A stretch of 48,090 nt of DNA from an uncultured Bacilli bacterium (GTDB lineage: Bacteria > Bacillota_I > Bacilli_A > RF39 > UBA660): positions 1 through 48,090 of the forward strand of contig CANQBF010000003.1 of assembly GCA_947588895.1 (NCBI GenBank). Direction: 5' to 3'. The position numbers and the translations under genes were made by a program. Position 1 is the stretch's first letter, and each line of letters begins with the position of its first letter. This document shows, piece after piece, positions 28,106 to 38,956 of this stretch. The notes beneath the pieces are model-generated. The model made no database searches and was not told the DNA's origin. It saw only the letters and a program-made list of their open reading frames with translations.

Positions 28106-28880
28106 CTCTTTCAATCACTTCCTTTGCTAAATTATGATAAGCTTCAGTTGCTCTACTAGTTGGGTCATATTCATTGATTGGAAGTCCATGAGATGGTGCT
28201 TCAACTAAACGTACTAATCTTGGAATTATTGTATTAAATACTTTATCTTTAAAGTATTTTCTAATTTCTTCAATAACTTCAAGTCCAATATTAGTTCTAC
28301 CATCAAGCATAGTAAGTAATACACCTTCAATAGTAAGTTTTGGATTTAAACTTTGTTGTAACATTATAATAGTATTTAATAATAAGGTTATACCATCTAA
28401 TGCATAAAATTCACATTGAACTGGTATAATTACTGAATCACTGGCAACCAATGCATTCATTGTAGCTAAACCTAAAGATGGTTGACAATCAATAATTATA
28501 TAATCAAAAGCATTTTTTATTTTATTAAGTGCTTCTTTTAATTGTTCATTTTGTCTAAATTGTTGGTCTTCTAACATTTTTTTAACAAATTCTACATCAA
28601 TACCTGCTAAATTTAACGAAGAAGGTATAATTGCTAAATTATCAAACTTAGTTTTAATAATAGCTTGTTCAATATCACACTTCTTAGTTATAACATCATA
28701 TATATCATGTTCAAAATCATTAGCATTAAGACCTAATCCTGTTGTTGCATTACTTTGTGAATCTAAATCAATAAGTAATACTTTTTTATTTTCCTTTCCT
28801 AAAGCTGCAGCTAAGTTAATGCTTGTTGTAGTTTTACCTACACCACCTTTTTGATTAACTAATGAAATAACTTTAACCAT
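28095..28880 (-). CDS. parA: Chromosome partitioning ATPase ParA/Soj
   Basis: NQKGGVGKTT deviant Walker A, PVQCEFYALDG, EAPSHG. Confidence 0.96.
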   Translation of the reverse strand: MVKVISLVNQKGGVGKTTTSINLAAALGKENKKVLLIDLDSQSNATTGLGLNANDFEHDIYDVITKKCDIEQAIIKTKFDNLAIIPSSLNLAGIDVEFVKKMLEDQQFRQNEQLKEALNKIKNAFDYIIIDCQPSLGLATMNALVASDSVIIPVQCEFYALDGITLLLNTIIMLQQSLNPKLTIEGVLLTMLDGRTNIGLEVIEEIRKYFKDKVFNTIIPRLVRLVEAPSHGLPINEYDPTSRATEAYHNLAKEVIERDGN

Positions 28881-29004
28881 AATACACCTCTTAATATCTT
28901 TATTACATTTTCACGCATTAATATTGTATCATATAAATAAAATTTAGGATATATAAAAAGAAAGAATTTTTAAAATTCTTTCAGTTTAATAATTAACTTA
29001 ATTT

Positions 29005-29898
29005 TTAGTTTTTATATTTTGTATAAACGTCTTTGTAAGCTTTACCTCTACTTAATGTAGGTTCATCATTTTTTACTTCTTTAGTAATTGGAACTGTCAT
29101 AATATCTCTTATTAATAATTCTAATTCATGTTTAGTTACAGTATTTAAATTTAATGTTGTTTTACCTTCAATAATGTTTGAAACAACACCACTTATATCA
29201 CAATTACCTAAAAAAGATGGAAATCTATTATCTGGATTACAATAATCCCATGAAACAGGGTCATCATAATACGATAAATCAGAAAAATCTCTTGTTTCAT
29301 ATTCTTGCAAATCATAATTTCTCTCTTCTAATTTTTGTTGTAAATAATAATATACTTTATACGAAACATTTTCATTAATTCCTTTAGCATATAATTTTAC
29401 AAAATCTTTAAATTTATCTGTTATTAATGATTCATATTCTTTTATATTTTCTTCTAAAAGTTGTATATATTGTGTCTTTAAATCACTTTTTATAAATATA
29501 TATTGTTCACATCTTTGTAACTCAAAATAGTAAGCATTAATAAAATCTTTAATTGTTTTTCCTTCATTCCATACAATTACACCATATTTAATTTCACCTA
29601 AATCATTATTTTTAACAAAATCATGAACTACCTTTAAAATATAATCATTATCAAATTTAGAATAAGTAACTTTAACTTCACTTAATCTTATATTTTCTAA
29701 CTTACTATTTATATTTCCATATCTAGTAGCTATATCATTAATAAAGCATATAAATTCTTTCATTAAAAATTTATATTTTGAATAAAATCCCTTTTGAAGA
29801 ACATTAGCAGCTTCATTAGATTCTTTTTCTCTTGCTATTTTTAATTCATTTTCTAATTTCCCATTATTCTTTACAACTTCATAAAAATTATTTTCCAT
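29005..29898 (-). CDS. Hypothetical protein, paralog of adjacent gene
   Basis: GAGGAG RBS; shares motifs with 29913-30644. Confidence 0.8.
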   Translation of the reverse strand: MENNFYEVVKNNGKLENELKIAREKESNEAANVLQKGFYSKYKFLMKEFICFINDIATRYGNINSKLENIRLSEVKVTYSKFDNDYILKVVHDFVKNNDLGEIKYGVIVWNEGKTIKDFINAYYFELQRCEQYIFIKSDLKTQYIQLLEENIKEYESLITDKFKDFVKLYAKGINENVSYKVYYYLQQKLEERNYDLQEYETRDFSDLSYYDDPVSWDYCNPDNRFPSFLGNCDISGVVSNIIEGKTTLNLNTVTKHELELLIRDIMTVPITKEVKNDEPTLSRGKAYKDVYTKYKN

Positions 29899-29912
29899 AT
29901 TTATCTCCTCTA

Positions 29913-30644
29913 TTATTTAATTTTTTTATGATTACTTTTTTTAATTCTTCTTAAATATTTTATTAGATCAATTAATTCATATTTATTCATATCATCAACA
30001 TTAAACATTTTATTTATCTTTTCTACATCAATATCATTTACTATATGCTTATCATAATTGTAAGATTCTAATCTTACTTGTAAATCATAATAAACTCTAT
30101 AAGGAATATTTTCTTTGCATACCATAACATTTTTAAAATCATTTGTTAATAATGGTTCATATTCTTTTTTATCATCCTCTAGCATTTGAAAATATTCTTC
30201 TTTTAATTCTTTTCCTGAAATCATTAAATATTTTAATGAATTTAATGATTCAATATAGCTCTTTATTAATTTATTTAAAGTAATACCTTCATTCCATATA
30301 ATTACTTTATTATATTTAACAGTTCCTAAATTTTTTCTTTCTAAAAATTCTTTTAAATAATTAACTGCATCTTGAGCATAATAGTCTGAATATACTATTT
30401 CTTTTTCGCTTATAACTCTATTTATTAATCTCTCTTCAGCATTACTATAATCTTTTAAAATATTTTTTATAAAACGACTAAATTCTTTTAATAAAAAATT
30501 ATATTCATATTTACTACGATCTACAATAATTTTCTCAGCTTGATCGTATTTTTCATTTCTAATTTCTTCAAGCTCAGACTCTTTTCCTTCATTTTCTGCA
30601 AGAACATCATAAAATTCATCAACTACTGTTTCTAATTCTTCCAT
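29913..30644 (-). CDS. Hypothetical protein, paralog of adjacent gene
   Basis: Start revised to ATG 30644 (MEELETV) after GAAAGAGAG; the longer start overlaps promoter/palindrome. Confidence 0.75.
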   Translation of the reverse strand: MEELETVVDEFYDVLAENEGKESELEEIRNEKYDQAEKIIVDRSKYEYNFLLKEFSRFIKNILKDYSNAEERLINRVISEKEIVYSDYYAQDAVNYLKEFLERKNLGTVKYNKVIIWNEGITLNKLIKSYIESLNSLKYLMISGKELKEEYFQMLEDDKKEYEPLLTNDFKNVMVCKENIPYRVYYDLQVRLESYNYDKHIVNDIDVEKINKMFNVDDMNKYELIDLIKYLRRIKKSNHKKIK

Positions 30645-30685
30645 ATTCACTCTCTTTCTAATACTCTTTATAATACAATAATAAC

Positions 30686-30729
30686 TATTTAAATGCAATA
30701 ATAACATATGTTACTATTGCATTTAAATA
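30686..30729. repeat. 44-bp near-perfect palindrome overlapping a -35 element
   Basis: TATTTAAATGCAATAATAACAT|ATGTTACTATTGCATTTAAATA, one mismatch; minus-strand TTGCAT-17 nt-TATTAT promoter starts within it. Confidence 0.8.
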
Positions 30730-30733
30730 AAAA

Positions 30734-30755
30734 AATTGAGAAAATAATCTCAATT
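30734..30755 (-). terminator. Terminator of the ribosomal/alpha operon
   Basis: AATTGAGA-N6-TCTCAATT directly after rplQ stop, with a U tract on the minus strand. Confidence 0.75.
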
Positions 30756-30756
30756 C

Positions 30757-31098
30757 TTATACTAATTCTAATCTAACTTCTAAAGCATCATCGCCACGGC
30801 GTTCAGCAAGTTTAATTATTCTTGTGTATCCACCGTTACGATCTTTATACTTAGGTGCAAGTTCATTAAATACTTTATTAACAACATCTTTATCATTATG
30901 TAAAAATGCAAGTGCCATACGACGAGATACTAAAGTACCTCTTTTACCATATGTAACCATTTTATCAACAAACTTTCTTACTTCTTTAGCTCTTGCTTCA
31001 GTAGTAACAATAGATTCATGCATTATAACATCTTTTGTAAGTCCTGCTAAAATGCTTCTTCTAATACGTGTTTCTCTTCCTAATTTTCTATATGCCAT
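30757..31098 (-). CDS. rplQ: 50S ribosomal protein L17
   Basis: [25 protein letters not shown]. Confidence 0.98.
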   Translation of the reverse strand: MAYRKLGRETRIRRSILAGLTKDVIMHESIVTTEARAKEVRKFVDKMVTYGKRGTLVSRRMALAFLHNDKDVVNKVFNELAPKYKDRNGGYTRIIKLAERRGDDALEVRLELV

Positions 31099-31104
31099 AA
31101 TCCA

Positions 31105-32052
31105 TTACTCCTTAAATGTAAGTCCTAAATCAGCAACTTTATCAAGAACTTCTTTAAGACTCTTCTTTCCTAAGTTTCTAATCTTTGTAACTTCTACTTC
31201 TTTTTTATCAACTAAATCTTGAACGGTATGAATACCAGCTCTTTTTAAACAATTATAAGCTCTAACACTAAATTCAACTTCTTCAATTGGTGTTTCTAAT
31301 GTCTTAGTAATTGTATCTACTTTCTTTTCTTGCATTAATCCTGAAAAATCACTAATAGCATTTAAATCAGTAATGATATTAAAATGTTCTACTAATATTT
31401 TTCCAGCTAAAGCCATAGCTTCTTCTGGAGTCATACTACCATCAGTAGTAACTTCCATAATTAATTTATCATAATTTTCATTTTGTCCAACACGAGTATC
31501 TAATACTTCATATTTAACAAGTTCAATTGGTGAATAAGATGAATCAATTGCTATAGTTCCTACTTTAGCATCAGTAAGTCTTTTCTTATTTTCTTTTGCA
31601 TCAACATAACCACGACCATTTTCAACAGTCATTTCAATATCGATTTTTCCACCTTCAACTAAATTACAAATAACTAAATCGCCATTAATAACTTCAATAT
31701 CAGCATCTTTTTCAATCATGCTAGCTGTTACTGGTCCTTCAGAATCAGCAAATAATCTAATAGTTTTCTTTTCATCTGAATGATTTTTAACAACTAAATT
31801 TTTAATATTTAAAACGATTGCTGTAACATCTTCAATAACGCCAGGAATTTTTTGAAATTCATGTAAAACGCCATCGATTTTTATGCTAGTAACTGCACTT
31901 CCTGGTAAACTAGATAATAATACTCTTCTTAAAGCATTACCAATAGTAGTACCAAAACCTCTTTCTAATGGTTCAAGTTCAAATTTACCAAAATGATTGC
32001 TATCGATGTATTCAGTAATTTTGTATTCTGGTTTTCCAAATTTTATCATCAT
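31105..32052 (-). CDS. rpoA: RNA polymerase alpha subunit
   Basis: EPLERGFGTTIGNALRRVLLSSLPG, SVRAYNCLKRAGI. Confidence 0.98.
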   Translation of the reverse strand: MMIKFGKPEYKITEYIDSNHFGKFELEPLERGFGTTIGNALRRVLLSSLPGSAVTSIKIDGVLHEFQKIPGVIEDVTAIVLNIKNLVVKNHSDEKKTIRLFADSEGPVTASMIEKDADIEVINGDLVICNLVEGGKIDIEMTVENGRGYVDAKENKKRLTDAKVGTIAIDSSYSPIELVKYEVLDTRVGQNENYDKLIMEVTTDGSMTPEEAMALAGKILVEHFNIITDLNAISDFSGLMQEKKVDTITKTLETPIEEVEFSVRAYNCLKRAGIHTVQDLVDKKEVEVTKIRNLGKKSLKEVLDKVADLGLTFKE

Positions 32053-32075
32053 ACAATATTCCCTTTCTACTTATA

Positions 32076-32459
32076 TTAATTTCTTGGTCTTTTTGGTGGA
32101 CGACAGCCATTATGTGGAACTGGTGTTTTATCAGTAATACTAGTAACCTCTAAACCAGCAGTTGATAATGCTCTAATTGCATTTTCTCTACCTGGTGCTA
32201 AACCAACAACTTCAACGTCAACTTTTTTAACGCCTTGTTCCATTGCAGCAGTAGCAGCAGCTTCAGCAGCAAGTCCAGCAGCATATGGAGTTTTCTTTTT
32301 ACTTCCAGTATATCCTATTCTTCCAGCACTTGACCAACTAATTGCATTACCATCTTTATCAGTAATTGTAACAATAGTGTTATTGTAAGTTGCTTGAATA
32401 TGTGCAACTGCTTCTGGTATATTCTTCTTAATTTTTCTTTTTCTTCTATTATATGCCAT
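32076..32459 (-). CDS. rpsK: 30S ribosomal protein S11
   Basis: [21 protein letters not shown]. Confidence 0.98.
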   Translation of the reverse strand: MAYNRRKRKIKKNIPEAVAHIQATYNNTIVTITDKDGNAISWSSAGRIGYTGSKKKTPYAAGLAAEAAATAAMEQGVKKVDVEVVGLAPGRENAIRALSTAGLEVTSITDKTPVPHNGCRPPKRPRN

Positions 32460-32469
32460 AAGTTAATCC

Positions 32470-32844
32470 CTACTTTCCAGCTTTCTTCTTATTAGCTACA
32501 ACTTTTCCTTTACCTTTACGAGTCTTAGCATTTCTACTAGTTCTTTGTCCTCTTACTGGTAAACCTTTTTTGTGTCTAATACCTTGATAACAATTAATTT
32601 CCATTTTATTTTTAATGTTCATTTGAACATCTCTACGTAAATCACCTTCAACAACATATTTATCTACTTCTTTACGTAAGGCATTAATTTCATCTTCAGT
32701 TAAATCTTTAATTTTCTTTGTTTCATCTACTTTAGCATCTTTACAAATAGTTTTTGCTAAAGGTCTTCCGATACCATAAATTGCTGTAAGTCCTATACAA
32801 GTATGTTTTTCTCCTGGTAAATCAATATTTTTAATTCTTGCCAT
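32470..32844 (-). CDS. rpsM: 30S ribosomal protein S13
   Basis: [20 protein letters not shown]. Confidence 0.98.
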   Translation of the reverse strand: MARIKNIDLPGEKHTCIGLTAIYGIGRPLAKTICKDAKVDETKKIKDLTEDEINALRKEVDKYVVEGDLRRDVQMNIKNKMEINCYQGIRHKKGLPVRGQRTSRNAKTRKGKGKVVANKKKAGK

Positions 32845-32853
32845 AATTTCCTC

Positions 32854-33250
<397 letters not shown>

Positions 33251-33267
33251 TTCTTATCACTCTCCTT

Positions 33268-34008
33268 TTACTCTGTTAATATGACATATCCATCATCAGT
33301 AACTAATACTGTATGTTCAAAATGAGCACTTGGAAGACCATCTTCGGTTTTAATAGTCCACTCATCTTCTTCCATATATATATGTCTTGAGCCTAAATTT
33401 AACATTGGTTCAACAGCAATAACCATGCCACTTCTAAGTTTAGTTCTATCATTAGTATAGTAATTTGGAACATCAGGTTCTTCATGAACACAAGTACCAA
33501 CACCATGACCAACAAGTTCTTCTACTACACCTAAGTTATTAGCTTTAGCAAAATTCTCAATTTTTTCTCCAATTTCACTAACTCTAATACCATTTTTGAT
33601 AACGCTTAAACCTTCATATAAAGCTTTTCTAGTATTCTCTACTAAATTTGTTATTTCTTCACTGCTTTTTCCAACTATATATGTATTAGCAGAGTCTGAA
33701 TGATATCCTTTATAACATACACCAATATCAATTGATACAACATCACCAGCTTTAATTTTTCTTTTTGATGGAATACCATGTACCACTTCATCATTTACTG
33801 AAATACAGATACTTGCTGGGTATCCTTCATAATTTAAAAATGAAGGAGTACAATCATTTTCTAAAATAAATTTATGAGCAATATCATTTAATTCCTTAGT
33901 AGTTATACCAGGTTTTAAATGTTTCTTTACTTCTTGATGAGTCAAATAATTGATATGCCCAGCATGTTTCATTAATTCAATTTCTCTATTACTTTTTATC
34001 GTAATCAT
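33268..34008 (-). CDS. map: Methionine aminopeptidase type I
   Basis: SVNDEVVHGIP, GHGVG, EPM, SAHFEHT. Confidence 0.97.
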   Translation of the reverse strand: MITIKSNREIELMKHAGHINYLTHQEVKKHLKPGITTKELNDIAHKFILENDCTPSFLNYEGYPASICISVNDEVVHGIPSKRKIKAGDVVSIDIGVCYKGYHSDSANTYIVGKSSEEITNLVENTRKALYEGLSVIKNGIRVSEIGEKIENFAKANNLGVVEELVGHGVGTCVHEEPDVPNYYTNDRTKLRSGMVIAVEPMLNLGSRHIYMEEDEWTIKTEDGLPSAHFEHTVLVTDDGYVILTE

Positions 34009-34646
34009 TTTAATATTTCCTTAATTTCTAAAGCAATTTTATCTTTGCCTAACTCTGTATCTATAATATGTAATTTATTTTTGCTTTCATAAAATTCTTT
34101 AATTGGTAAAGTATTTTCCATAAATGTTTGAAATCTAACTTTAAATGATTCTTCATTATCATCACTTCTAGCTATTAATTTCTTACCACATTTATCACAT
34201 ATACCTTCAACTTTTGGCTTAAATTCTTTAATATTTTTACTATAAGATGCTCCACATTCACATGTAAGACGTCCTAAAGCTCTTTCTAATGCATCTTCTA
34301 AAGTAATATCTAAATATATTACTTCATAATCGCTTATATTTAATTCTTTAAACAATTTATCTAACATTTCTGCTTGATTTAATGTTCTTGGAAATCCATC
34401 TAATATAAAAGATTTATTAATATTAGTTAATTTATTTTTTAATAGTTCATATACTATATCATCACTAACTAATTTTCCACTTTGCATTATACTTTCAACT
34501 TTTAAACCAATTTCTGATTTTTTATTTATTTCTTCTCTTAACATATCTCCAGTAGAAATATGCACGTAACCCATATCAACAAGAATGGCACTTTGTGTAC
34601 CCTTTCCTGCTGAAGGTGGGGCAATAAAAATTACATTTTTCATCAT
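34005..34646 (-). CDS. adk: Adenylate kinase
   Basis: AGKGTQ, HISTGDMLR, LDGFPRT, Cys-containing lid, RSDD. Confidence 0.97.
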   Translation of the reverse strand: MMKNVIFIAPPSAGKGTQSAILVDMGYVHISTGDMLREEINKKSEIGLKVESIMQSGKLVSDDIVYELLKNKLTNINKSFILDGFPRTLNQAEMLDKLFKELNISDYEVIYLDITLEDALERALGRLTCECGASYSKNIKEFKPKVEGICDKCGKKLIARSDDNEESFKVRFQTFMENTLPIKEFYESKNKLHIIDTELGKDKIALEIKEILK

Positions 34647-35911
34647 CTTAATTTTCTTCTCTTTTCTTTATAACTTCTTGCAAGTAAACTACTTTCCATT
34701 TGCTTATAAGTTTCAATTGCTACACCAACAACAATTAATAAACCAGTACCACCAATAGTTACTGAACTATCTAGGGTTGTAAATTTACTAATTAAAACTG
34801 GTAATATTGCTATAATAGCTAAGAAAATACTACCTACAATTGTTAATTTACTGATTGAAGAACTTATAAATTTAGATGTATCTGCTCCTGGTCTTATTCC
34901 TGGAATATAACCTCCTCTTTCATTTAAGTTCTTACTCATCTCTTCCGGATTCATAATCATAAATGTATAGAAATATCCAAAGAATAAAATTAATAATATA
35001 TATAATATTAATCCAGTATTTGAAGTATATATAATATACTTATCAATAAATTCTAATACCTTTTCATTTTTAAATAATGCTGCAATCGTTGATGGTATTG
35101 TAAGTAATATTTGAGCAAATATTACTGGAATAACACTTGCTGAATTTAATTTAATTGGTAAATAACTTTGTTCAGCACCATAAGCACTTGTAGTTCTATT
35201 TGCGTATTGAATTGGTATTCTTCTTTCTGCAAGTTGAACATATATAATTCCAACTAATACAAGTAAATATACTAATATAAATATAATAAATAGTATTATA
35301 CCCATTGGTAATGAATAAGCACCATTTATAAATGAATTATATGCTCCGGTAAATATTCTTGGCATACTGAACATTATACCAGCCATGATAATCATTGATG
35401 TTCCATTACCAATACCTTTTTTTGTAATTTGGTCACCTAACCATAAACAAAATGCTGTACCAGCTGTCATAACAAGTGCTGTTTTTAAAATCTCGATTGA
35501 AGCTAAATTAAATGTTTTATTAAAGAATAAACATAAAGCATATGCTTGAACAAAAGCAAATATTATAGACATATATCTTGTTATTTTATTTATCTTTTGT
35601 CTTCCTGTATATCCTTGTTCTTTTAATTCTTTAAAATATGGTATTATATCCATTTGTAAGAATTCTGTTATGATTGATGCTGTAATATATGGAGATACTC
35701 CTAATGCAAATATTGATACATTTTGAAGACCTCCACCACTCATTAAGTTAAATATTTCAAGAGCTCTTAAATCTTCAATAACAACATCAATCCAAGGTAC
35801 TGTAATTGTAGTTCCTAAACAGAACAAACCTAAACAAGCTAAAGTAAAATATATTCTATGTCTTAAATCTTTATTTGATTTACTAAATAATTGGGAAAAC
35901 CCACGAAACAT
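34643..35911 (-). CDS. secY: Preprotein translocase subunit SecY
   Basis: SIFALGVSPYITASII, GIGNGTS, IPGIRPG, GGTGLLIVVGV. Confidence 0.98.
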   Translation of the reverse strand: MFRGFSQLFSKSNKDLRHRIYFTLACLGLFCLGTTITVPWIDVVIEDLRALEIFNLMSGGGLQNVSIFALGVSPYITASIITEFLQMDIIPYFKELKEQGYTGRQKINKITRYMSIIFAFVQAYALCLFFNKTFNLASIEILKTALVMTAGTAFCLWLGDQITKKGIGNGTSMIIMAGIMFSMPRIFTGAYNSFINGAYSLPMGIILFIIFILVYLLVLVGIIYVQLAERRIPIQYANRTTSAYGAEQSYLPIKLNSASVIPVIFAQILLTIPSTIAALFKNEKVLEFIDKYIIYTSNTGLILYILLILFFGYFYTFMIMNPEEMSKNLNERGGYIPGIRPGADTSKFISSSISKLTIVGSIFLAIIAILPVLISKFTTLDSSVTIGGTGLLIVVGVAIETYKQMESSLLARSYKEKRRKLR

Positions 35912-36355
35912 CTAAATCACCTCAGTTTTGCCACCGGCTTCTTCTATTTTAGTTACAGCCTTACTTGAGAATCTTTGAGCTTTAACAGTTAATTTTTTAT
36001 CTAAATTACCATTTGCTAAAACTTTGATTCCACATAAATTTTTCTTTATTATACCTCTTTCATTTAATACTTCTGGTGTTACAACATCACCATCTTTGAA
36101 GAATTTACTTAATGTATCAAGATTAATAGTTGCATATTCACATCTAAATCTCTTATTATTAAATCCTCTTTTAGGTATTCTTCTATATAATGGAGATTGT
36201 CCACCTTGGAACCATGCTGGAATTGATGCACCACTTCTAGCTTTTTGTCCTTTTTCTCCACGAGTTGATGTTTTACCCATTCCTGAACCTGGTCCTCTAC
36301 CTACTCTTTTTATTCCTTTTGTTTCTTTAGATTTTGGTAAATTTTCTAATTTCAT
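35912..36355 (-). CDS. rplO: 50S ribosomal protein L15
   Basis: [28 protein letters not shown]; start revised to ATG 36355 after GGAGG. Confidence 0.97.
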   Translation of the reverse strand: MKLENLPKSKETKGIKRVGRGPGSGMGKTSTRGEKGQKARSGASIPAWFQGGQSPLYRRIPKRGFNNKRFRCEYATINLDTLSKFFKDGDVVTPEVLNERGIIKKNLCGIKVLANGNLDKKLTVKAQRFSSKAVTKIEEAGGKTEVI

Positions 36356-36356
36356 A

Positions 36357-36878
36357 TTATAATTCCTCCACTTTCTTGCCACGAAGTTCAGCAATATGTT
36401 CTGGAGTTCTTTGAGCTTGTAATGCTTTTAATGTAGCTTTAGCAACATTAATTTGCGTATTAGCTCCTAAACTTTTTGCAACAATATCTTTAACGCCAGC
36501 TAATTCTAATACAGCTCTTGCTGCACCACCAGCGATAATTCCACGACCTTCTTTAGCAGGTTTAACTAAAACAACACTACGACCAACTTTACTAGTATAA
36601 TCATGAGGAATTGTTCTATTATCTATTAAAGATATTTTAACAACATTTTTATTTGCTGCTTGAATAGCTTTTTTAATTGCTTCAGAAACTTCATTAGCTT
36701 TTCCAGTACCAATACCTACAAGTCCTTTTCTATTACCAACTGCAACATCAGCTTTAAAACGGAAATGTCTTCCACCTTTGTTAACTTTAGTAACTTTAGA
36801 TATTGAGATAACTTTTTCTTCTAATAAATTTTTCTTTGCATCATTATTTTTTCTATTATTAACAACCTTTTTGTCCAT
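36357..36878 (-). CDS. rpsE: 30S ribosomal protein S5
   Basis: [24 protein letters not shown]. Confidence 0.98.
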   Translation of the reverse strand: MDKKVVNNRKNNDAKKNLLEEKVISISKVTKVNKGGRHFRFKADVAVGNRKGLVGIGTGKANEVSEAIKKAIQAANKNVVKISLIDNRTIPHDYTSKVGRSVVLVKPAKEGRGIIAGGAARAVLELAGVKDIVAKSLGANTQINVAKATLKALQAQRTPEHIAELRGKKVEEL

Positions 36879-36886
36879 GTTTCCTC

Positions 36887-37243
36887 CTATATCTCTAATC
36901 CTGCTTCTCTAGCAGCATCTGCTAAAGCACTTACACGACCATGATATAAGTAACCACCACGGTCAAAAACAACTTTATTAATTTTTGCTTTCTTACATTT
37001 TTCAGCAATGTCTTTTCCAACTGCTTTAGCAGCTTCAACATTACCACCATTTGCAAGTTTAAGTTCACGGCTTGATGAACTAGCTAATGTTGTACCAGTT
37101 ACATCATCAATTACTTGAGCATAAATTTGAGCATTTGAACGAAAAACATTTAATCTTGGCATTTCTTTAGTACCACTTAAATTTTTTCTAATTCTTGCGT
37201 GTCTAATTTCACGAGTTTCATTTTTAGATTCTTTTTTTATCAT
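36887..37243 (-). CDS. rplR: 50S ribosomal protein L18
   Basis: [22 protein letters not shown]. Confidence 0.98.
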   Translation of the reverse strand: MIKKESKNETREIRHARIRKNLSGTKEMPRLNVFRSNAQIYAQVIDDVTGTTLASSSSRELKLANGGNVEAAKAVGKDIAEKCKKAKINKVVFDRGGYLYHGRVSALADAAREAGLEI

Positions 37244-37254
37244 AATTTACCTCC

Positions 37255-37791
37255 TTATGCCGCTTTCTTTCCTTCTTTACGACGAACTATTTCGCCTTTA
37301 TAACGAATACCTTTACCTTTATATGGTTCAGGTTCTCTTACTTCTCTAACTTTTGCAGCAAATTCTGCAACTTTTTGTTTATCAATACCTTTAATTGTAA
37401 TTTCAGTATTGCTTACAAGTTCAGCAGATAAACCTTCAGGTACTTCAATTTCAACTGGATGAGAATAACCAGCACTAACAACTATTTTTTTGCCTTGAAC
37501 ATTAAAACGATATCCAACACCAACAGCTTCTAGTCCTTTTTCAAATCCTTTATGAATTCCTTCAATCATACTTTTGATTAATGAATTAGTAGTACCTTGT
37601 TGCATATTTGCTTCTTTAGAAGCATTTTTTTGCTTTGTAATAACATGTCCTTCTGAAACAGTAACTTCTACTAAAGGATTAACAGTTAAACTTAATGTTC
37701 CTTTACTTCCTTTAACAGTTACTACTCTACCTTCAACAGTTACTTCTATACCTTCAGGTATAGCTAATTTTCTTTCACCTATTCTACTCAT
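37255..37791 (-). CDS. rplF: 50S ribosomal protein L6
   Basis: MSRIG, GVGYR, PEPYKGKGIRY. Confidence 0.98.
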   Translation of the reverse strand: MSRIGERKLAIPEGIEVTVEGRVVTVKGSKGTLSLTVNPLVEVTVSEGHVITKQKNASKEANMQQGTTNSLIKSMIEGIHKGFEKGLEAVGVGYRFNVQGKKIVVSAGYSHPVEIEVPEGLSAELVSNTEITIKGIDKQKVAEFAAKVREVREPEPYKGKGIRYKGEIVRRKEGKKAA

Positions 37792-37801
37792 AAATATTTA
37801 C

Positions 37802-38200
37802 TTACCAAATATAGGCAAGAACTTCGCCTCCTAACTTAGCTGCTCTTGCTTCTTTATCAGTCATTAAACCTTTAGAAGTAGAGATAATTGCAATACCTAA
37901 GCCATTAAGAACACGAGGAACTTCAGTAGCTTTTGCATATACACGTAAACCAGATTTACTAATTCTTTTAAGACCTGTTATAACGCTTTCTTTTTTAGCA
38001 CCATATTTTAGTTTTAAATTTAATACGTCACCATTTGTATTTTTAATGTATTCAAAATCTTCAATGTATCCTTCTCTTTTTAAAATTTCAGCAATTCCTA
38101 AAGTCATCTTTGTTCCAATAACTTCAACAGTTGGATACTTCATAATGATTGCATTACGAATACGAGTTAACATATCAGCTATTTTATCTTGTACAAACAT
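37802..38200 (-). CDS. rpsH: 30S ribosomal protein S8
   Basis: [23 protein letters not shown]; start revised to ATG 38200 after AGGAGG. Confidence 0.97.
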   Translation of the reverse strand: MFVQDKIADMLTRIRNAIIMKYPTVEVIGTKMTLGIAEILKREGYIEDFEYIKNTNGDVLNLKLKYGAKKESVITGLKRISKSGLRVYAKATEVPRVLNGLGIAIISTSKGLMTDKEARAAKLGGEVLAYIW

Positions 38201-38214
38201 TTTGTTCCTCCTTC

Positions 38215-38400
38215 TTACCAACTAGATTTCTTTACGCCAGGTATTTGGCCTTTATTTGCAAGTTCTCTAAAGCAAATACGACATAATTTGAATTTTCTCA
38301 TAACTGCATGAGGTCTTCCACATCTTTCACATCTAGTATATTCTCTAGATGAAAATTTTGGATTTCTTTTATTTTTAATAATCATACTTTTTTTAGCCAT
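38215..38400 (-). CDS. rpsZ: 30S ribosomal protein S14 type Z (Zn-binding)
   Basis: 61 aa with CERCGRP and CRIC. Confidence 0.97.
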   Translation of the reverse strand: MAKKSMIIKNKRNPKFSSREYTRCERCGRPHAVMRKFKLCRICFRELANKGQIPGVKKSSW

Positions 38401-38408
38401 AATAACAC

Positions 38409-38948
38409 CTAACCTTTAAATGGCATTCCAAATGCCTTAAGTAATGCATGAGCTTCATCATTACTCTTTGCTGTGGTAACAAATATAATATCCATACCAC
38501 GAATTTTATAAACATTATCATATTCAATTTCAGGGAATATTAATTGTTCTTTTATACCTAAAGTATAGTTTCCTTTACCATCAAAGGCATGAGCTGAAAC
38601 TCCTCTAAAATCTCTAACTCTTGGAAGACCAACTTTAATTAATTTTTCCATAAAATTGTACATATTTTCACCTCTTAATGTTACTTTAACACCAACAGGT
38701 TGTCCTTCTCTTACTTTAAAGCCAGCAATTGATTTACGAGCTTTAGTAACAACAGCATGTTGACCAGCAATTAATTCTAAGTCTTTTTGTGCTGCTTCAA
38801 TAAATTTAACATCATGACTTCCTTCACCTACACCCATGTTGATAACAATTTTTTCTAAACGAGGAACTTCCATAATACTTTTATAATTAAATTCTTTCAT
38901 TAAATTATTTTTTATTTCTTTATTATATAATTCTTTAAAATTACTCAT
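38409..38948 (-). CDS. rplE: 50S ribosomal protein L5
   Basis: [27 protein letters not shown]. Confidence 0.98.
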   Translation of the reverse strand: MSNFKELYNKEIKNNLMKEFNYKSIMEVPRLEKIVINMGVGEGSHDVKFIEAAQKDLELIAGQHAVVTKARKSIAGFKVREGQPVGVKVTLRGENMYNFMEKLIKVGLPRVRDFRGVSAHAFDGKGNYTLGIKEQLIFPEIEYDNVYKIRGMDIIFVTTAKSNDEAHALLKAFGMPFKG

Positions 38949-38956
38949 AAATTCAC

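Noticed and set aside
32053-32075. Absence of rpsD from the alpha operon
   Set aside because: Normal for Bacilli, where rpsD is located elsewhere.
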